Of a stretch of 64,000 bases of DNA, positions 11,350-24,835 are shown in pieces; positions within the stretch are counted from its first letter, which is position 1; every line of letters starts with the position of its first letter. The stretch covers positions 66,218,001 through 66,282,000 of the forward strand of contig NC_086108.1 of assembly GCF_963921235.1 (NCBI RefSeq), written 5' to 3'. The DNA is from Mobula hypostoma. Taxonomy: Eukaryota. The position numbers were made by a program, and so were the translations under genes. The notes beneath the pieces are model-generated. The model searched no databases and had not been told where the DNA came from. It saw nothing but the letters and a program-made list of their open reading frames with translations.

Positions 11350-12078
11350 TTTTCAAATCTTTTTATTGTTATATTATACAGAAAAAAATAACACGAGTAT
11401 ATTGAAGTAACAACGCTTACAATGTCTCAAAAAAGATATTATCTTAAAGGTTGCAAAAAATTTTGTGATGACAAAAAAACCCTACTAAGCAGAAAAGTGA
11501 GAAAAAAAAGAACCCATTAGGTGTACAACCCCAGAGTCATGCGTCATACAAAAAGTTTCTAAAAATAAACATCAAACCGCCAGCAAGAAAAGAAAATATT
11601 CCAATATAGAACAAGACCAAAACATATATGTCAGTGTAGCTATCTCAGTTTTATGTCTATCACAATGACTATCAACATTAGAAAAGATTTTAGAAAGTCT
11701 CTCCTTCATCAAATGATGATGATGTACAATTTTAAATTGAATCAATGAATGGCTAGCACAAATTGAAGAAGAGTTAACCAACTTCAAAATTCGCATCCAA
11801 TCCTCCGTCATAAAAGTCAAATTAAGTTCCTTTTCCCAATCCTGTTTAATCTTCGATAAAGAACGCTTATCCCATTGTAATAATAAATTATTAATTCTTC
11901 CAATAGAACCCTTGATCGAAGGAGTCATACTCAAAATAGTATCTAACAGGTCAGCCTGTTAGATACTATTATGAGTTAGATAATATGTAAGAAAAGTTAC
12001 TTAACTATTTTCGTAAAAAATGTCTAAATTGAAGGTATTGCAGAAAGTGTGAGTATGAAAGAGAATATTTATCAATTA
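11350..12078 (-). mobile_element. L1-clade LINE 3' fragment
   Basis: ORF 11572-11934 WEKEL...LIQFKIVH...CDRHKTEIATLTYMFWSC resembles the C-terminal CCHC (zf-RVT) region of L1 ORF2. AATAAA and A-rich end near 11355-11370. Confidence 0.85.
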
Positions 12079-13779
12079 ATTGTTCTGTAAATTGATGGTG
12101 CATGGGTGTTGCCAGCAAGGACAAACAGTTTTCAGTAATCTACAGACGAACATATGCACACACGCGATGCACGCGTGTACACAATCCAGCTTGTCTTCCA
12201 CCGAGGGAACACTGGAGGCAGCACTGATGGAAGGGGCCAGGCCCCAATCCAGTATGGATGCTGCACCACACCACCTCCTGGACTGATGCAACAGGCAAGT
12301 CCATGGCTTTAGGCCTAGTCCTCACTACAGCCCAGGACAAGCAGTTTTCATGCCGTCAGTCTCGCCAATAAACCAGTGAACTGGACTTGCAGTATTTTAC
12401 ATTACCAATGTCCAACAGGACCTTGCAATCACAAGAAAAGTGTCCAAGATAATCACTCACTGCTAGACTGTACACAGACTTCGTGCACTGATTCCCACAG
12501 CTTTCTGTAGCAGGTCGTAATGTAGTTTGCATCGTCCAGCTCTTCCAGTTCCTCTGTCAATGGGCAACTTGCTGATAGGGTAGATCTGCAGTCCTTGAAG
12601 TTCTTAATGTCCAGCATTGAATTGCAATTGTAAAAAAGACAAAAACACCTTTGGTTGGTCCTAGAGAGGGCGCTATGTCTGAGCACACCGGCCATCTTAC
12701 CGGAAATCTGACCCAACCTATTCTGCTTGCTCAGCAATATGTTCAAGTTCCTTTCTCCTACATCCTTGTCCATTTTTCCATTTATGGCACAGTCTTCAAT
12801 GTGGCATCCTGCATCTTTTCCCTAACCTAATTACTCATTTACATCTTTTCAGTGTTAACATGCCTACCTTAAAGCCTATCTCTGCAAAATCCTGTTCGGT
12901 TCTGCACGGTTTCTCAGTATCTGTGCATATTATCTTCCATTAATGCCAAGTAGTGTCAAATACATGTTTCAATTTCACACTGTAATGCCAGAAATATCTC
13001 AGACTAATACATTGTCACTTAGATCATCCTGTAGCAAGTTTACTTGGCAAGGAATAACTGTGTATTTTGGATTACTTTGTTCTTTTGTACTTAAAACAAT
13101 TGTAACTATTGATGAAAGACAAGTGAATAAGATTGGCTCATACTTTAAACAGCTGTGTTACAGATGATTTCTATCTGGTATGCAAGAGAGCATACAAATG
13201 GAATCCTTTCATGCCAACTCGAACAAAGGCAATGAGAAGCAAGAAACAGAATGTATTTATACCACACTGGAATAATTCAATGATATATAAATTACATGCA
13301 AAGTATATTGTTGTACAGTCAAATGTGGCAATAAATTTGCTCATGGCCAGGTTCTCCAGGACCAATAAACTGAGTTACCTGTTAAGTAGTTTTTTTTGTG
13401 TGTTATTATTAAAGGAGTAATGTTGGCTGGAACAAAGCAACAGGGGTTGAATTACAAGTGACCCGAAAAGGTAGATCAAGTCCAAAATTTTATTTTATTG
13501 TCTCACAAGAAGTATAATAATAAAATGGGATTTGAAATAATTAAGTGCTCCTGAAGGATAGTAAAGATGGTCAATTGGTAGCACTACTATATTTTGAGTA
13601 TTTAGTTCAAATTCTTAGGTTATTGCTGCAATTTCCACATTGGAAACAAAAGACCAATTTTAGTTAATTCAGTGCAATTCTAAGGGTTAGCTGCATAGTT
13701 GAATTTGTCTTTAGGACAAAGCACCAAACCAGGTCCTCAGTATGTTTTCTGGTGGATGTAAGATATTCTGAAACACTTC

Positions 13780-14810
13780 AGAGAAGGGCAGAGGGTTTAT
13801 ATAGTGGACTGAAAAATGCAATTTATCCAAGCTTGTAAAGGAAATTGATAAAGTTCCTCATATGAGGATGTTAATTAAATCTGAAGTTAAAGGTATAGAT
13901 TTCAGTTTATTGACCTGGCTGGGATATGGGCTGAGCAGAAGGAGATAGAGAGAGTTGGGATATTGGGCAGTTGCTTAAATCAGTAGGAGATAATGAATGG
14001 TATGATATAAAGACACGTATTGGGGCTACAGCTATTTCCATATTCATAAAATTCTTAGATTATGAGATAAAAAGCCACATTTCTATGTTTGCTAATGGCA
14101 TGAATGTGGTACTTGAAATTTAAAAATACAAAGGCATTTTAACAGACTAAATAGATCAAAAAGCATAAAATTCTTTTCAGTAAAGGCAAATTTGAAATCA
14201 TACACATTGGATATAAAAAGGAAAGAAAAGCAATTATTTCTAAATGTTGAAAAGTAGAAGCAATGAATTCCCAAATCACTGTAAAGTGATTTAAAAGGGC
14301 TATGTCGTGCAGAAATGTTTTAAAAAGGCTAATGGAAAGCAAGAGGAAGACAAAGACAAATGATGATGGAAACAGCAACCAGAGAACTGGAAATGAATAC
14401 CAATGAATTGATCCACTTGACCCAAAACAGGAGTGTGTGGGCCATGGCAGTCAAAGCTCAAACTGGGCACGGCACCTGATGATGATGATGAATGGAAAGC
14501 TGCAGTTTAGAGCCGTAGAACCAGATTACATACAGGCGGAAGGTATGCTACCACTACACAAAACCTAGTTTATATGGTATCTGAAATAACTCAAGCAGTC
14601 TCTGGACATCAATCCTCAGGAAAGTGTGATGCCAATATATCCCCAACATATTTTTCCTGGTAGCACAGAATGGGCTTCTGTAAATAGTAAAACGAGTATT
14701 CCCTGGAACAGAGAATATCATGGGTAATTTTCTTTTTGATTGAAATTTTTGAAAGTTTTTTTTCATAGTGCAGGTAAGAAGAAACTGTTTCCAATCATAA
14801 AATATAGTGA
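13780..14810 (+). mobile_element. Ancient, heavily decayed CR1 RT fragment
   Basis: gataaagttcctcatatgagg (DKVPHMR); tattggggctacagctattt; atgtttgctaatggca (FAD-like). Confidence 0.6.
14341..14490 (+). mobile_element. 5'-truncated RTE-like LINE 3' end
   Basis: Ends gggcacggcacc(tga)n. Exact 10-bp TSD aatggaaagc at 14331-14340 and 14491-14500. Confidence 0.8.
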
Positions 14811-17159
14811 ATGATGGAGTAAAGACAGAGAATGTTGACAGTACTCAGCAGGTTAGGCAGCGTTGGCAGAGAGAGAAACAACATTAATAATTCAAGTTAA
14901 CAAATTATTTCTGCTAGTTGAAGGAACCCTTCTTTGCATAGATAGAAAATTATAACTCTCTTCCCCAACTGGTAACTGATGTTAGATTGATAGTTAATTT
15001 TATTTGTGAGGCTGATGGATTTTTATAACTCATTGGATTAAATTATATTGGAAATTGGCAGGTGTACTGTATAGAATTGTCACTAATTGGCCATGAATCC
15101 GGTTTGAAGTTATTTCTATGTTCCCTATGCTTTTGTCTTCCTATGGAGTGGGTCATGCTGAACCCAACACACACTGCACTTCTATGGCTGTTGCTGCCAC
15201 TGCAGTTATTCCATGAGATAGGTTTGGTGCATTTTAAGGCCCTGCTTATAAGCCAAAACGGTCACCTTTGGCAGGGTTTTTGGTCAAAGCACTCTTCACT
15301 ATTTTGAAATGTGTCTGATGATGTCCAGAAGGCGTTGAATACTTTACATAAAAAATAAAGAAAATATACATTTGCAAAACCACATTTAATGAGCATAAAT
15401 AAATTATAGGTGCTAAAAATAATTAAATTAAAATAAAAATGTATTTTTATTAATGAAGTAAAGAGCAGTATGCCCACTGAAGTGAACGGAGCTGATGTAA
15501 GTGACCGATATAAAGATAAGGGGCCAGATGTAAGGTGAATCCTGCCTCCCACCCCCAGCCACATCCCCAGCACGGTACATTAATGAACTCCGTAGCAATC
15601 GCAAAGATGGAGCAAAAGATCAGATATACTTTGTATTGGTGTTATTTGGCTCTAAATTTCTCTCTAAAATTCATTCCTCATTTGGTGTTAATGAAAGAGA
15701 TTAAGTTTTTGGGAACTTTCATTTTTTAAATTTTTCCCTGCCTATCCATTGCTATAACATTACAATAGACCATTTAATTGATTATAGTCTGTTGGGATAT
15801 CCCATGGTAGAGAAGGGTACTGTCACAATTCAACTTCTTCACTGCACTAAAATGTTGTTTGTATTATGAGGCCAGTTTCCATGAGCGGGGTTTGAATTCA
15901 CAATCGTCAGATCTCCACTGACCACCACTAGACTCTAATTTCTCAACATTGTCCATTGATGGACACTCCCTCTCCAGAAATGAAACCCCTCAGTGATCAG
16001 AAATTCTACAATTTTAATTTCTACCTGTGGTAATGTTCCTTATTTCCTTCTGCCAGGATTTGCTTGTGACTGCAGCAGTCCACACAGAATCCTTTCTCCT
16101 TGGGTGGGAGGGACGTGGGGATCTTCCCTCCTATCATTGCGCCCCTCTATAAATCATGATCTGACCATTTTGGTCCCAGTGTGGCAATGTGGTTTCATGG
16201 AGGCTGATTGATGCTATATTATGGGAGCAAATTCAGCCACCCGATGTCTGCAGTTTCATTGGGTCTCCATTTCCCTTTTTTTTACACCAAATAGCTGTGC
16301 AAAAAGGATTTGCTTTCCACTATTTCTTGAATTCCCCTAGTTAAGTTCTTATCCAATTGTGATTCTACTGTATAGAGAATAAAATGTTTTCTTGTAGAAC
16401 TTCTGGTTCTATTGCTAATCATATTAAATCCATCTGTATTCTTTCCATTGAACTTCCCTTTAATCTTGGCTATACTGAGAAGAATAATCCTCAAGAAGTA
16501 ATTTAACAAATGATTGTTTTTATAATTTATTTGATACTGTTTCTTAAGCCAATATTGCAAAAAGCTCCAGTTTTAGTAAAGATTGTTGAGCATCTCCCAT
16601 CACTATTAAATATTTTTGTTCACTCTCTTCCAATCCTTCTTGATCCTGGACTCCTTTAAAATTGTATCACTTTGATAATTTTGCCACTCTTCATTGATCC
16701 TACCAAAATACATTGCTTTATTATTTTTAGTTGAATTTTAAATGACAAATGTCTGTCATATATACTGTAATCTGCCAAATTTTCATATTGACTTTGAGCC
16801 TATTTTAGAGTGTTTTTTAACTGATTCTACCTCTTCCTTGTTTCCTCTATATCTCTATAACCCTTAATTTTACCCTTGTGCACAAGCCTCTGCTAAATTT
16901 GCTGAAAACTAACTTCATTTGAGGTGCTACATGCCTCATTGAACAGTCCCTTATTTCATTTGTGATAAAAAAAATATACAAAGGAAGAAAAAATGCAAAT
17001 GCATTTATATTCATGATTGATGCATTCAGTAGTGTAAACTTGAAAGAATGACAAAAAAAACACTGCATCATTGCCTTTCATGCGGCTCCCTGAGGAGAGT
17101 TTTGAGTTCTATTTATTTTTCATTTGGAATTGGAAATGGAATTTGTGTATCAGAAGCAA

Positions 17160-17352
17160 AATCAGAATCAGGTTTATTATCATTGTCATATGTCATAAAA
17201 TTTGCTGTTTTGTGGCAACTGTACAGTGCAAGACATAAAAATCACTATCAGTTACAATAAGTAAATAAATAAATAATGCAAAAGAGCAATATTGAGGCAG
17301 TGCTCATGGGTTCATGGACTATTCAGAAATATGATGGCAAAGGAGAAGAAAC
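17160..17352 (-). mobile_element. Rex1/Babar-like 3' tail
   Basis: aatcagaatcaggtttattatc...gggttcatggactattcagaaat, same as 8320-8500 and 56100-56270. Confidence 0.8.
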
Positions 17353-17354
17353 TA

Positions 17355-18162
17355 TAAGATTATAAGACCTTGAAACGTTAGCAGCATAATTAGGCCATTT
17401 GGTCCCTCAAGTCTGCTCTGCCAATCCATCATGACTGATTTATTATCCCTCTCAACCCTGTTTTCCTGCCTTCTCCTTGCAACCTTTGATGCCTTGACTA
17501 ATCAAGAACCTACCAAGCTCCACTTTAAATATACTCAATGACTTTTCCTCCACAACCATCTGTGGCAATGAATTCCACAGATTCACTACACTCTGTCTAA
17601 AGAAATTCCACCTCTTCTCTGTTCTAAATGGATGTCCCTCTATAGTAGAGGTTCACAGACCCCCTTGCTTAATGGTACTGGTCCATGGCATAAAAAAAAC
17701 TTGGGAACCGCTGCTCTATAGTGAGGCTGTGCCCTCTAGTCCTAGACTCTCCCACTATAGGCAATATACTCTCCACATCTACTCTTTCTAAGCCTTTCAA
17801 TATTCGATAGATTTCAATCAGCTTCACCCTCATTCTTTTAAACCCTAGCAAGTACAAGCCCAGAGCCATCAAATACTCTTCATACATTAACCCTTTTATT
17901 CCTGGAATCACTTTTGTGAACCTCCTGTGGACACTCTTCAATGCCAGCACACCTTTTCTTAGATAAGGGGCCAAAACGACTCACAATACTGCAAATGCAG
18001 TCTGAAGAATCTCTTATAAAGCCTCAGCACTACTTTCTTATTTTTATATTGTCGGCATCTGGAAATGAATGCTAACATTGCATTTGCCTTCGTCACCACA
18101 GACACAACCTGCAAGTTGACCTTTAGGGAGTACTGCACGAGGACTCCCAAGTGCCTTTGTAT
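17355..18162 (-). mobile_element. CR1 LINE 3' part; the 5' part continues at 23791-24835
   Basis: ORFs 17959-18186 (QRHLGVLVQYSLKV...LQYCESFW) and 17669-17974 (RRFTKVIPG...SRTRGHSL). Confidence 0.92.
17646..17713. mobile_element. 68-bp hAT/Charlie-type mini-MITE
   Basis: 8-bp TSD ctctatag (17638-17645, 17714-17721). Terminus ttgggaaccgctg. Confidence 0.8.
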
Positions 18163-19277
18163 TGTAGCAGTTTGTGAATAAAACATGTAAGATTGGTTTT
18201 ATGGGCTTAACAAAAGTTTCAGCCCTTTACTTCCATTACAAACAAACCAAAAGCAGTTGCCTTACACTGATGTCATTATGTTAGATAACATCTCTTAGAG
18301 TCAACACAACAACTCAATGATGGTGTTTGTGAATTATGTAGAAGAGTTTGTATTATGAACAATATGTGTCATCTGTCATCTATTACATTACCCTGCACAG
18401 CCCCCCCCCCCCGCCCCCAGAATTGACTAAATCTGACATTGTAAGTCTGGCTGAAACTCGTACCAGCTGCTGGCTCGGGTTCTATGAGCCTCGGTCGGAG
18501 TAACTGCATGTGCCTCTGGTTCGTCCAAGGCGGTGCTGGCATGCATATGGTCATGTCGTGATGCAGGGGTTATGGTAGTGGAACTATCCAGGTCCTGGTG
18601 GGCCAGTTTAAGGCGACCTGAAGAAATATATTCAGGATTCCCTTCCTGTCTACGATAAAAGTCTTTTGCCCCATTGCAAGACACGGAATGGGCCATCGTA
18701 AGGGGGCTGAAGAGGGTATTGATGTGCATCATGGCAGAGCACTGTATGTCATGGTGGGAGGAAGGGATGGGTGTAAAGGAGCTGTGTTTACTGAGGAGAA
18801 CGGAACGCTGCTGAGACACCGACCAGACAGTCGTGGCATCAGGAATTAAATCACCCAGCCCCTGAAGTGGTTGCCTGTATACCAACTCAACTGTGCAGGG
18901 CAGATTGGAACCGTTCCTAGCCCCAGCAGGATCCATGAGTGACGATCGATTCAAGACTTGCCCATTGGGGAAGCCCACAGAGCAGCCTTTGAGGAGCAGT
19001 GAAACCCTTCGCAGAGGTCATGGGACTGCAGGAAATAAGCTGTGGTGTGATGCAACTTAACACCAAGGTTCTAGGCCATTGGAGACCGTCGTCAGAAGAA
19101 ATATGAGATGGGGTGCTGAATCGAGTGACCCAGGGGTTGATGAATGCCCAAGCCACATCCTTAGCTGTTGTCGAAGCTAGAGGGACAACCTTTGGCCAGC
19201 TGGTGGTCCAGTCCACCATGGTAAGGAGATGAGTAAAACTGTGATTGGGAGGAGAGAACCAACCAGGCTCACATTGA
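18163..19277 (-). mobile_element. Gypsy LTR retrotransposon relic: integrase core and C-terminus, polypurine tract, 3' LTR (~18163-18399)
   Basis: LTMVDWTTSWPKVVPL...WVTRFSTPSHISSD is rve integrase, followed by ISSGRLKLAH. A G-rich PPT directly precedes a TG...CA-bounded ~237-bp segment. Confidence 0.88.
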
Positions 19278-22200
19278 AATAAACATAGAATACCTTCAGC
19301 ACATTACAGGCCCTTCAGCTCGCAATGTTGTGCCGACAATGTAATTTACTCTCGAAGCTGCCTAGAATTTCCTTACCGCATAGCCCCCTATTTTCCTAAG
19401 CTACATGTACCTATCTAAGAGTCTCTTAAAAGACCCCATTGTATCTGCCTCTACCAGCTTCGCTGGCAGTGCATTCCACGCACCCACTGCTCTCTGTGTG
19501 AAAAACCTACCTCTCCCTTGTGTTTACTTCCAAGCACCTTAAAACTATGGCCCCTTGTGTTAGCCATTTCGGCCCTGGGCAAAGCCTCTGGCTACCCACA
19601 CAATCAATATTTCTCATCAACTTGTTCACCTCTATCTGGTCACCTCTCTTCCTCCGTCGCTCCAAGGAGAAAACGGCAAGTTCACTCAACCTATTCTCAT
19701 AAGGCATGCTCCCCAGTCCAGGCAACGTCCTTGTAAATCTCCTCTTCACTCTTTCTAGAATATCCACATTCTTCCTGTAACGAGGTGACCAGAACTGAAC
19801 GCAGTACTCCAGGTGGGGTATAACTAAGGTCTTATACAGCTGTAACATTACCTCACGGCTCTTGAACTCAGTCCCACAGTTGATGAAGGCCAACATGTCA
19901 TATGCCTTCTTAACAACACTGTCAACCTGCACAGCAGCTTTGAGTGTCCTATGGACATGAACCCCAAGGTCTCGCTGATCCTCCACACTGCCAAGAGTCT
20001 TACCATTATTATTATTATATTCTGTCTTCAAATTTGACCTACTGAAATGAATCACTTCACACTTATCTGGGTTGCACTCCATCTGCCACTTCTCAGCCCA
20101 GTTCTGCATCCTACCAATATCCCACTGTAACCTCTGACAACCCTCCAGATTATCCACAACACCCCCAATTTTTGTATCACCTGCAAACTTACTCACCCAC
20201 CTTTCTACTTTCTCATCCAGGTCATTTATAAAAATCACAAAGAGGAGGGGTGCCAGAACAGATCCTGTGGAACAACACTGGTCACGAACCATGCAGAATA
20301 CGAACCATCTACAACCACCCTTTGCCTTCTGTGGGCAAGCCAATTCTGGATCCACAATGCAATGCCTCCTTGGATCCCATGCCTTATTACTTTATGAGTG
20401 AGACTTTCATGGGGAAGCTTATCAAATACCTTACTAAAATCCATATACACTACATCCACTGTTCTACCTTCATCAATGTGTTTTGTTATATCCTCAAAGA
20501 ATTCAATCAGGTTCATAAGGCACAATCTGCCTTTGGCAAAGCCATGCTGACTATCCCAAATCAGATTATGTCTCTCCAAATGCTCATAAATCCTGCCTCT
20601 CAGGATCTTCTCCAACACCTTGCCCACCACTGAATTAAGACTCACTAGTCTATAAATTCCTGGGTTATCTCTACGTCATTTCTTGAAGAAGGAAACGACG
20701 TTTGCAACCTCCAATCCTCTGGTACTTCTCCCATCCCTATTGATGATGCAAAGATCATCACAAGAGGCTCAACAATCTCCTCCCTCACTTCCCAGTGACT
20801 TATCTAACTTAGTACCTTCCAAAAGCTCCAGCACATCCTCTTTCTTAATGTCTATACACTCAAGTGTTTCAGACCCCTTTAAGTCATCCCCATAATTGCC
20901 AAGGTCCTTTCACTAGTGAGAAGCAAAGTATTCATTACGTACCTCCGTTTCCTCCTCCAGCTCCATGCACATGTTTCCAATCTCACTCCTGATTGGTCCT
21001 ATTTTCATATGGCTCATCCTCTTGCTCTTCACATATTTGTAGAATGCCTTGGGGGTTTTCCCTAATCCTGCTCATCAAGGCTTTTTTATGGCCCCTTCTA
21101 GCTCTCCTAATTTCATTCTTGAGCTCTTTCCTGGCACCCTTGTAATTTTCTAGAGCTCTAACAATACCTAGTTTCTTAAACCTTTCGTAAGATTTTCTTT
21201 TCTTCTTAACTAGATTTTCTCCATTTTTTGTACACCAAGGTTACTTTACCCTACCATCCTTCGTCTGCCTTAATGGAACATACCTATGCCGAACTCCACA
21301 CAAATGTTCTCCGAACATTTGCCACATTTCTTCCGTGCATTTCCCTGAGAATATCTGCTCCCAATTTATGTTCCCAAGTTCCTGCCTAATAGCATCACAT
21401 TTCCCCCTACCCCAATTAAATGTTTTACCAAATTTTCTGCTTCTATCCCTCTCCAGCATTATGGTAAAAGAAATAGAGTTGTCATCACTACCTCCAAAAT
21501 GCTTTCCCACTGAATGATCTGACACCTGACCAGGTTCATTTCCCAATGCCAGATCAAATACCTCTCCTCTAGCTGGCTTATCTACACATCATGTCAGGAA
21601 ACCTTTCCGAGCACACCTACCAAACTCCACCCTATCTAAGCTCATCGCTCTAAGGAGATGTCAGTCAGTATTAGAAAAGTTAAAAAAACACCCATCAGAA
21701 CAACCCTATTATTATTACACTGTTCCAGAATGTGCCTCCCTAACTGCTGTTGCTATTGTGGTGTCTATAAAAAACACCCAGTAGAGTTATTGCTCCTTTC
21801 CTGTTTCTGACTTCCACCCACAATGACTCAGTAGACAATACCTCCATGACTTCCTCCTTTTCTGCAGCTGTGATATTATCCTTGCTTAGCAGTGACACTC
21901 CCCTACCTCTTTTGCCTCTCTCCCTGTCCTTTTTGAAACATCTGAAGCCTGGCACACTCAGCAGCTATTCCTGCCCCTGAGTCATCCAAGTCTCTGTAAT
22001 GGTCACAATATCATAGTTCCATGTATTGATCCGGGCTCTAAGTTCATCCGTTTTCCTCATGATACTCCTTGCATTAAAATAGACACATCTCACACCATTT
22101 GGCTGTTTCTTTGCTCTATCATCTGCCTGTCTTTCCTCATAAACTCCCTACAAACTGTCACTACTCGTGTGCCAACCACCCCATCCTCTGCCTCTTCACT

Positions 22201-23465
22201 TCGGTTCCCACCCCCGCTGCAAATCTTGTTTAAACCCTCCCTAACAGCATTAGCAAACCTCGCTCCCAGGATATTGGTTCCCCTCCCGTTCAGGTGCAAC
22301 TTGTCCCATTTGTACAGGTCATCCTTTCCCCAGAAAAGGTTCCAGTGATCAAAGAACTTGAAACCCTGCCTCCTGCACCATCTCCTCAGTTACTCATTCA
22401 TCTGCACTATCTTCCTGTCTGAACTTCACTAGCTCATGGCAGTGAGAGTAATCCGAAGATGACCATCTTGGCGGTCCTGCTCTTCTGCCTCCTTCCTATC
22501 TCCCTAAACTTGCCGCACAGGACTCTACCCCTCCCCTGCCTATGTCACTGGTACCAACATGTACCTCGACCTCCGGCTCCTCACCCTCCCCTTTAAGAAT
22601 ATTCTGCAATTGCTCAGAGACATCCTGGACCCTAGAACCCGGGAGGCAACACATTATCTTGGTGCCTCCTTTGCTGCTGCAGAATCTCCTATTTGTCCCC
22701 CTAACTATCAAGTCCCCTATGACTATTGTTCTGTCTGACTTCACCCTACTCTTCTGAGGCTCAGAGCCGACCAAAGTGCTATTGGTCTGGCTGCTGCTGC
22801 CTTGCCCAGATAGGTCATCCCACACAGCAGAATCCAAAGGGGTCTACCTGTTGCTGAGGGGAATGGCCACAGGGGGAACCTGCACTGACTTCCTTCTCCC
22901 TTTACCTCTCTCAGTGCTCACTTATCTACTCCCTGAAGTCTGCACTCTGTCATATCCATCAACTGCTCTGTCTCCCGGATGATTCTATGTTCATCCATCT
23001 CCAGCTCTAGCTCCTTAATGTGGTCTTTCATGAGCTGGGGTTGGCTGCACTTCCTGCAGGTGTAGTTATCAGGGAGACTATCAGGTTCCATGAATTTCCA
23101 CATCCTATAGGAGGAGCATTCCCCTGCCATATCTGCCATCCTGCATGCACTGCACAATGGGCAACCAAGACCAAATCCTCTGACCTGCTTCTTTGACCTC
23201 AGCCGGTTGTCGTCGAAGCCTCTTGATACAAAGCCTTACACTCCTACTCTCAGCACTGGCCTACTCCCAACAATAGCCGCCCTGACAGTGGCACCTCACC
23301 TGCCCCTTCTGTACTTCTATTTAATTCGCAGTGCTCTGCTCCCAGTGTTGATTGGACATTCTGGAATGTCCGAACGCCCGCAAAGCTCTACTTTAATACT
23401 GGCTTCACTGACCTGTGAGTAAACTTTTCAAAGTGCTCTGCTCCCAGTGATGATTGGACCTCTGG
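19278..23465 (-). mobile_element. Near full-length decayed CR1 LINE (ORF1 zinc finger + SGNH esterase; ORF2 APE + RT)
   Basis: ORF1: YTCRKCSQ...ELELEMDEHRIIRE, IVIGDLIVRG, CCLPGSRVQD, HVGTSD, HLNGRG. ORF2: SLWVEVRN, QHGFAKG, YMDFSK, GSVLAPLLFVIFINDL, FAGDTKI, HLEYCVQFWSP. Multiple frameshifts and stops. Confidence 0.96.
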
Positions 23466-23790
23466 ACATGCCCAGACTGTTGCTCAGGGACCTCGAAAGA
23501 TGCCAATGGTACCCAAATATGATGGTTAATTTTCACCTGCTGATACACAACACAGACTGCACTCCAGGTTTGCATACCCTTCCTAAAGCTGTGACAAACA
23601 ATCTTTAAAGCAACAACCAGTTTCTGTGAAGCCTTCCCTCGTGGATTTGAGAGGTCATGAATGGAGTTATAAACGTTATGGTTCCAGATTCCCTGCACTA
23701 TGAGGCGAGGGTGACTGCTTGAGACATCACACAGGAGGGAAACTCCTGCATCCCTGAACGTGACTTCAGCCAACCACAGGGTCATGACTG
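23466..23790 (-). mobile_element. Gypsy integrase N-terminal (H2C2) fragment, continuous with 18163-19277
   Basis: LLCDVSSSHPRLIV...IHDLSNPRGKASQKLV...WSAVCVVYQQVKI...FEVPEQ. Confidence 0.85.
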
Positions 23791-24835
23791 CTGGTACCTT
23801 GTCAAAGGCCTTCTGAAAACCCAAGTAAACACCAACTACTGACACTCCTTTGTCTATCCTGCCTGTTATTTCCTCAAAAAATTTCAACAAATTTGTCAAG
23901 CTGGATTTCCCCTTGGGGAAACCCTGCTGACATTGGCCTATTTTATCATGTGTCTCCAAGTACCCAGAAGCCTCATCCTTAATAATGGACTCCAAAATCT
24001 TCCCAAACACTGAATTCAGACTAACTGGCCTATAATTCCCTTTCTTCAGCCTCGTTCCTTTCTTAAAAGTAAAGTGATATTTACAATTTTCCAGCTCCTC
24101 CCTCAGTACCATTTCAGAATCTAGTGATTTTTGAATCATCATTACTAATGCCTCCACAATCTCTTCAGCTAACTCTTTCAGCACCCTGGTGGGTAGTCCA
24201 TCTGTTCCAGGTGACTTATCTACCTTCAGACCTTTCAGCTTTTCAAGCACCTTCTCTTTGCTGATAGCAACTGCACTCGCTTATGCTTATTATAAAATAC
24301 TTATTATATTCATCCAGCATTTCTTCGTCCCTTGTTATTATTGCTCCTGCATCATTTTCCAGTAGTTTGATATCTACTCCCCCCTATCTTTTACTCTTTA
24401 TGCAGTATATCTGAAAAACTTTAGCATCTTTTTTTATATAATTGGCTATCTTACCCGAATATTTCAGATTTTCTCTCTTTATGGCTTTTTAGTTGCCTTC
24501 TGTCAGTTATTAAAAGTTTCCCTATCCTCTAACTTCCCACTATTTTCTGCTATATTATGCACACTATCTTTTGCTTTGGTACTACCTTTAATTTCCCTTG
24601 TAAGCCACAGCTGCATCATCCTCCCTTTAAAATACTTCTTCATCTTTAGGCTGTATCTATCCTGTGGCATGCAAGCTGCCCCCAGAAACTCCAGTCATTG
24701 CTGTTCTGCGGTCATCCCTGATAGTGTTTCTACCTAATTAACTTTGGCCAGCTCTTTTCTCATGTCTCTGTAATTATTTTTACTCCACTGTAATATTGAT
24801 ACGTTTAACTTTAGCTTCTCCTACTCAAACTATAG
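23791..24835 (-). mobile_element. CR1 ORF2 middle fragment
   Basis: LKVDKSPGTDG...NYRPVSL...QQGFPKGKS...FQKAFDKVP. Confidence 0.92.

Noticed and set aside
19507..20645. Longest ORFs (282 aa and 136 aa) as a functional reverse transcriptase gene
   Set aside because: Frameshifted CR1 ORF2 pieces, and the catalytic motif reads FAGD rather than FADD.
23330..23472. ~40-bp direct repeat pair resembling a CRISPR repeat-spacer unit
   Set aside because: Only two units, located in a CR1 5' UTR of a eukaryotic genome, with no cas genes.
23405..24250. 281-aa ORF as a novel RT-integrase fusion protein
   Set aside because: Accidental read-through across a CR1/Gypsy junction. Both halves are degenerate and the zinc ligands are mutated.
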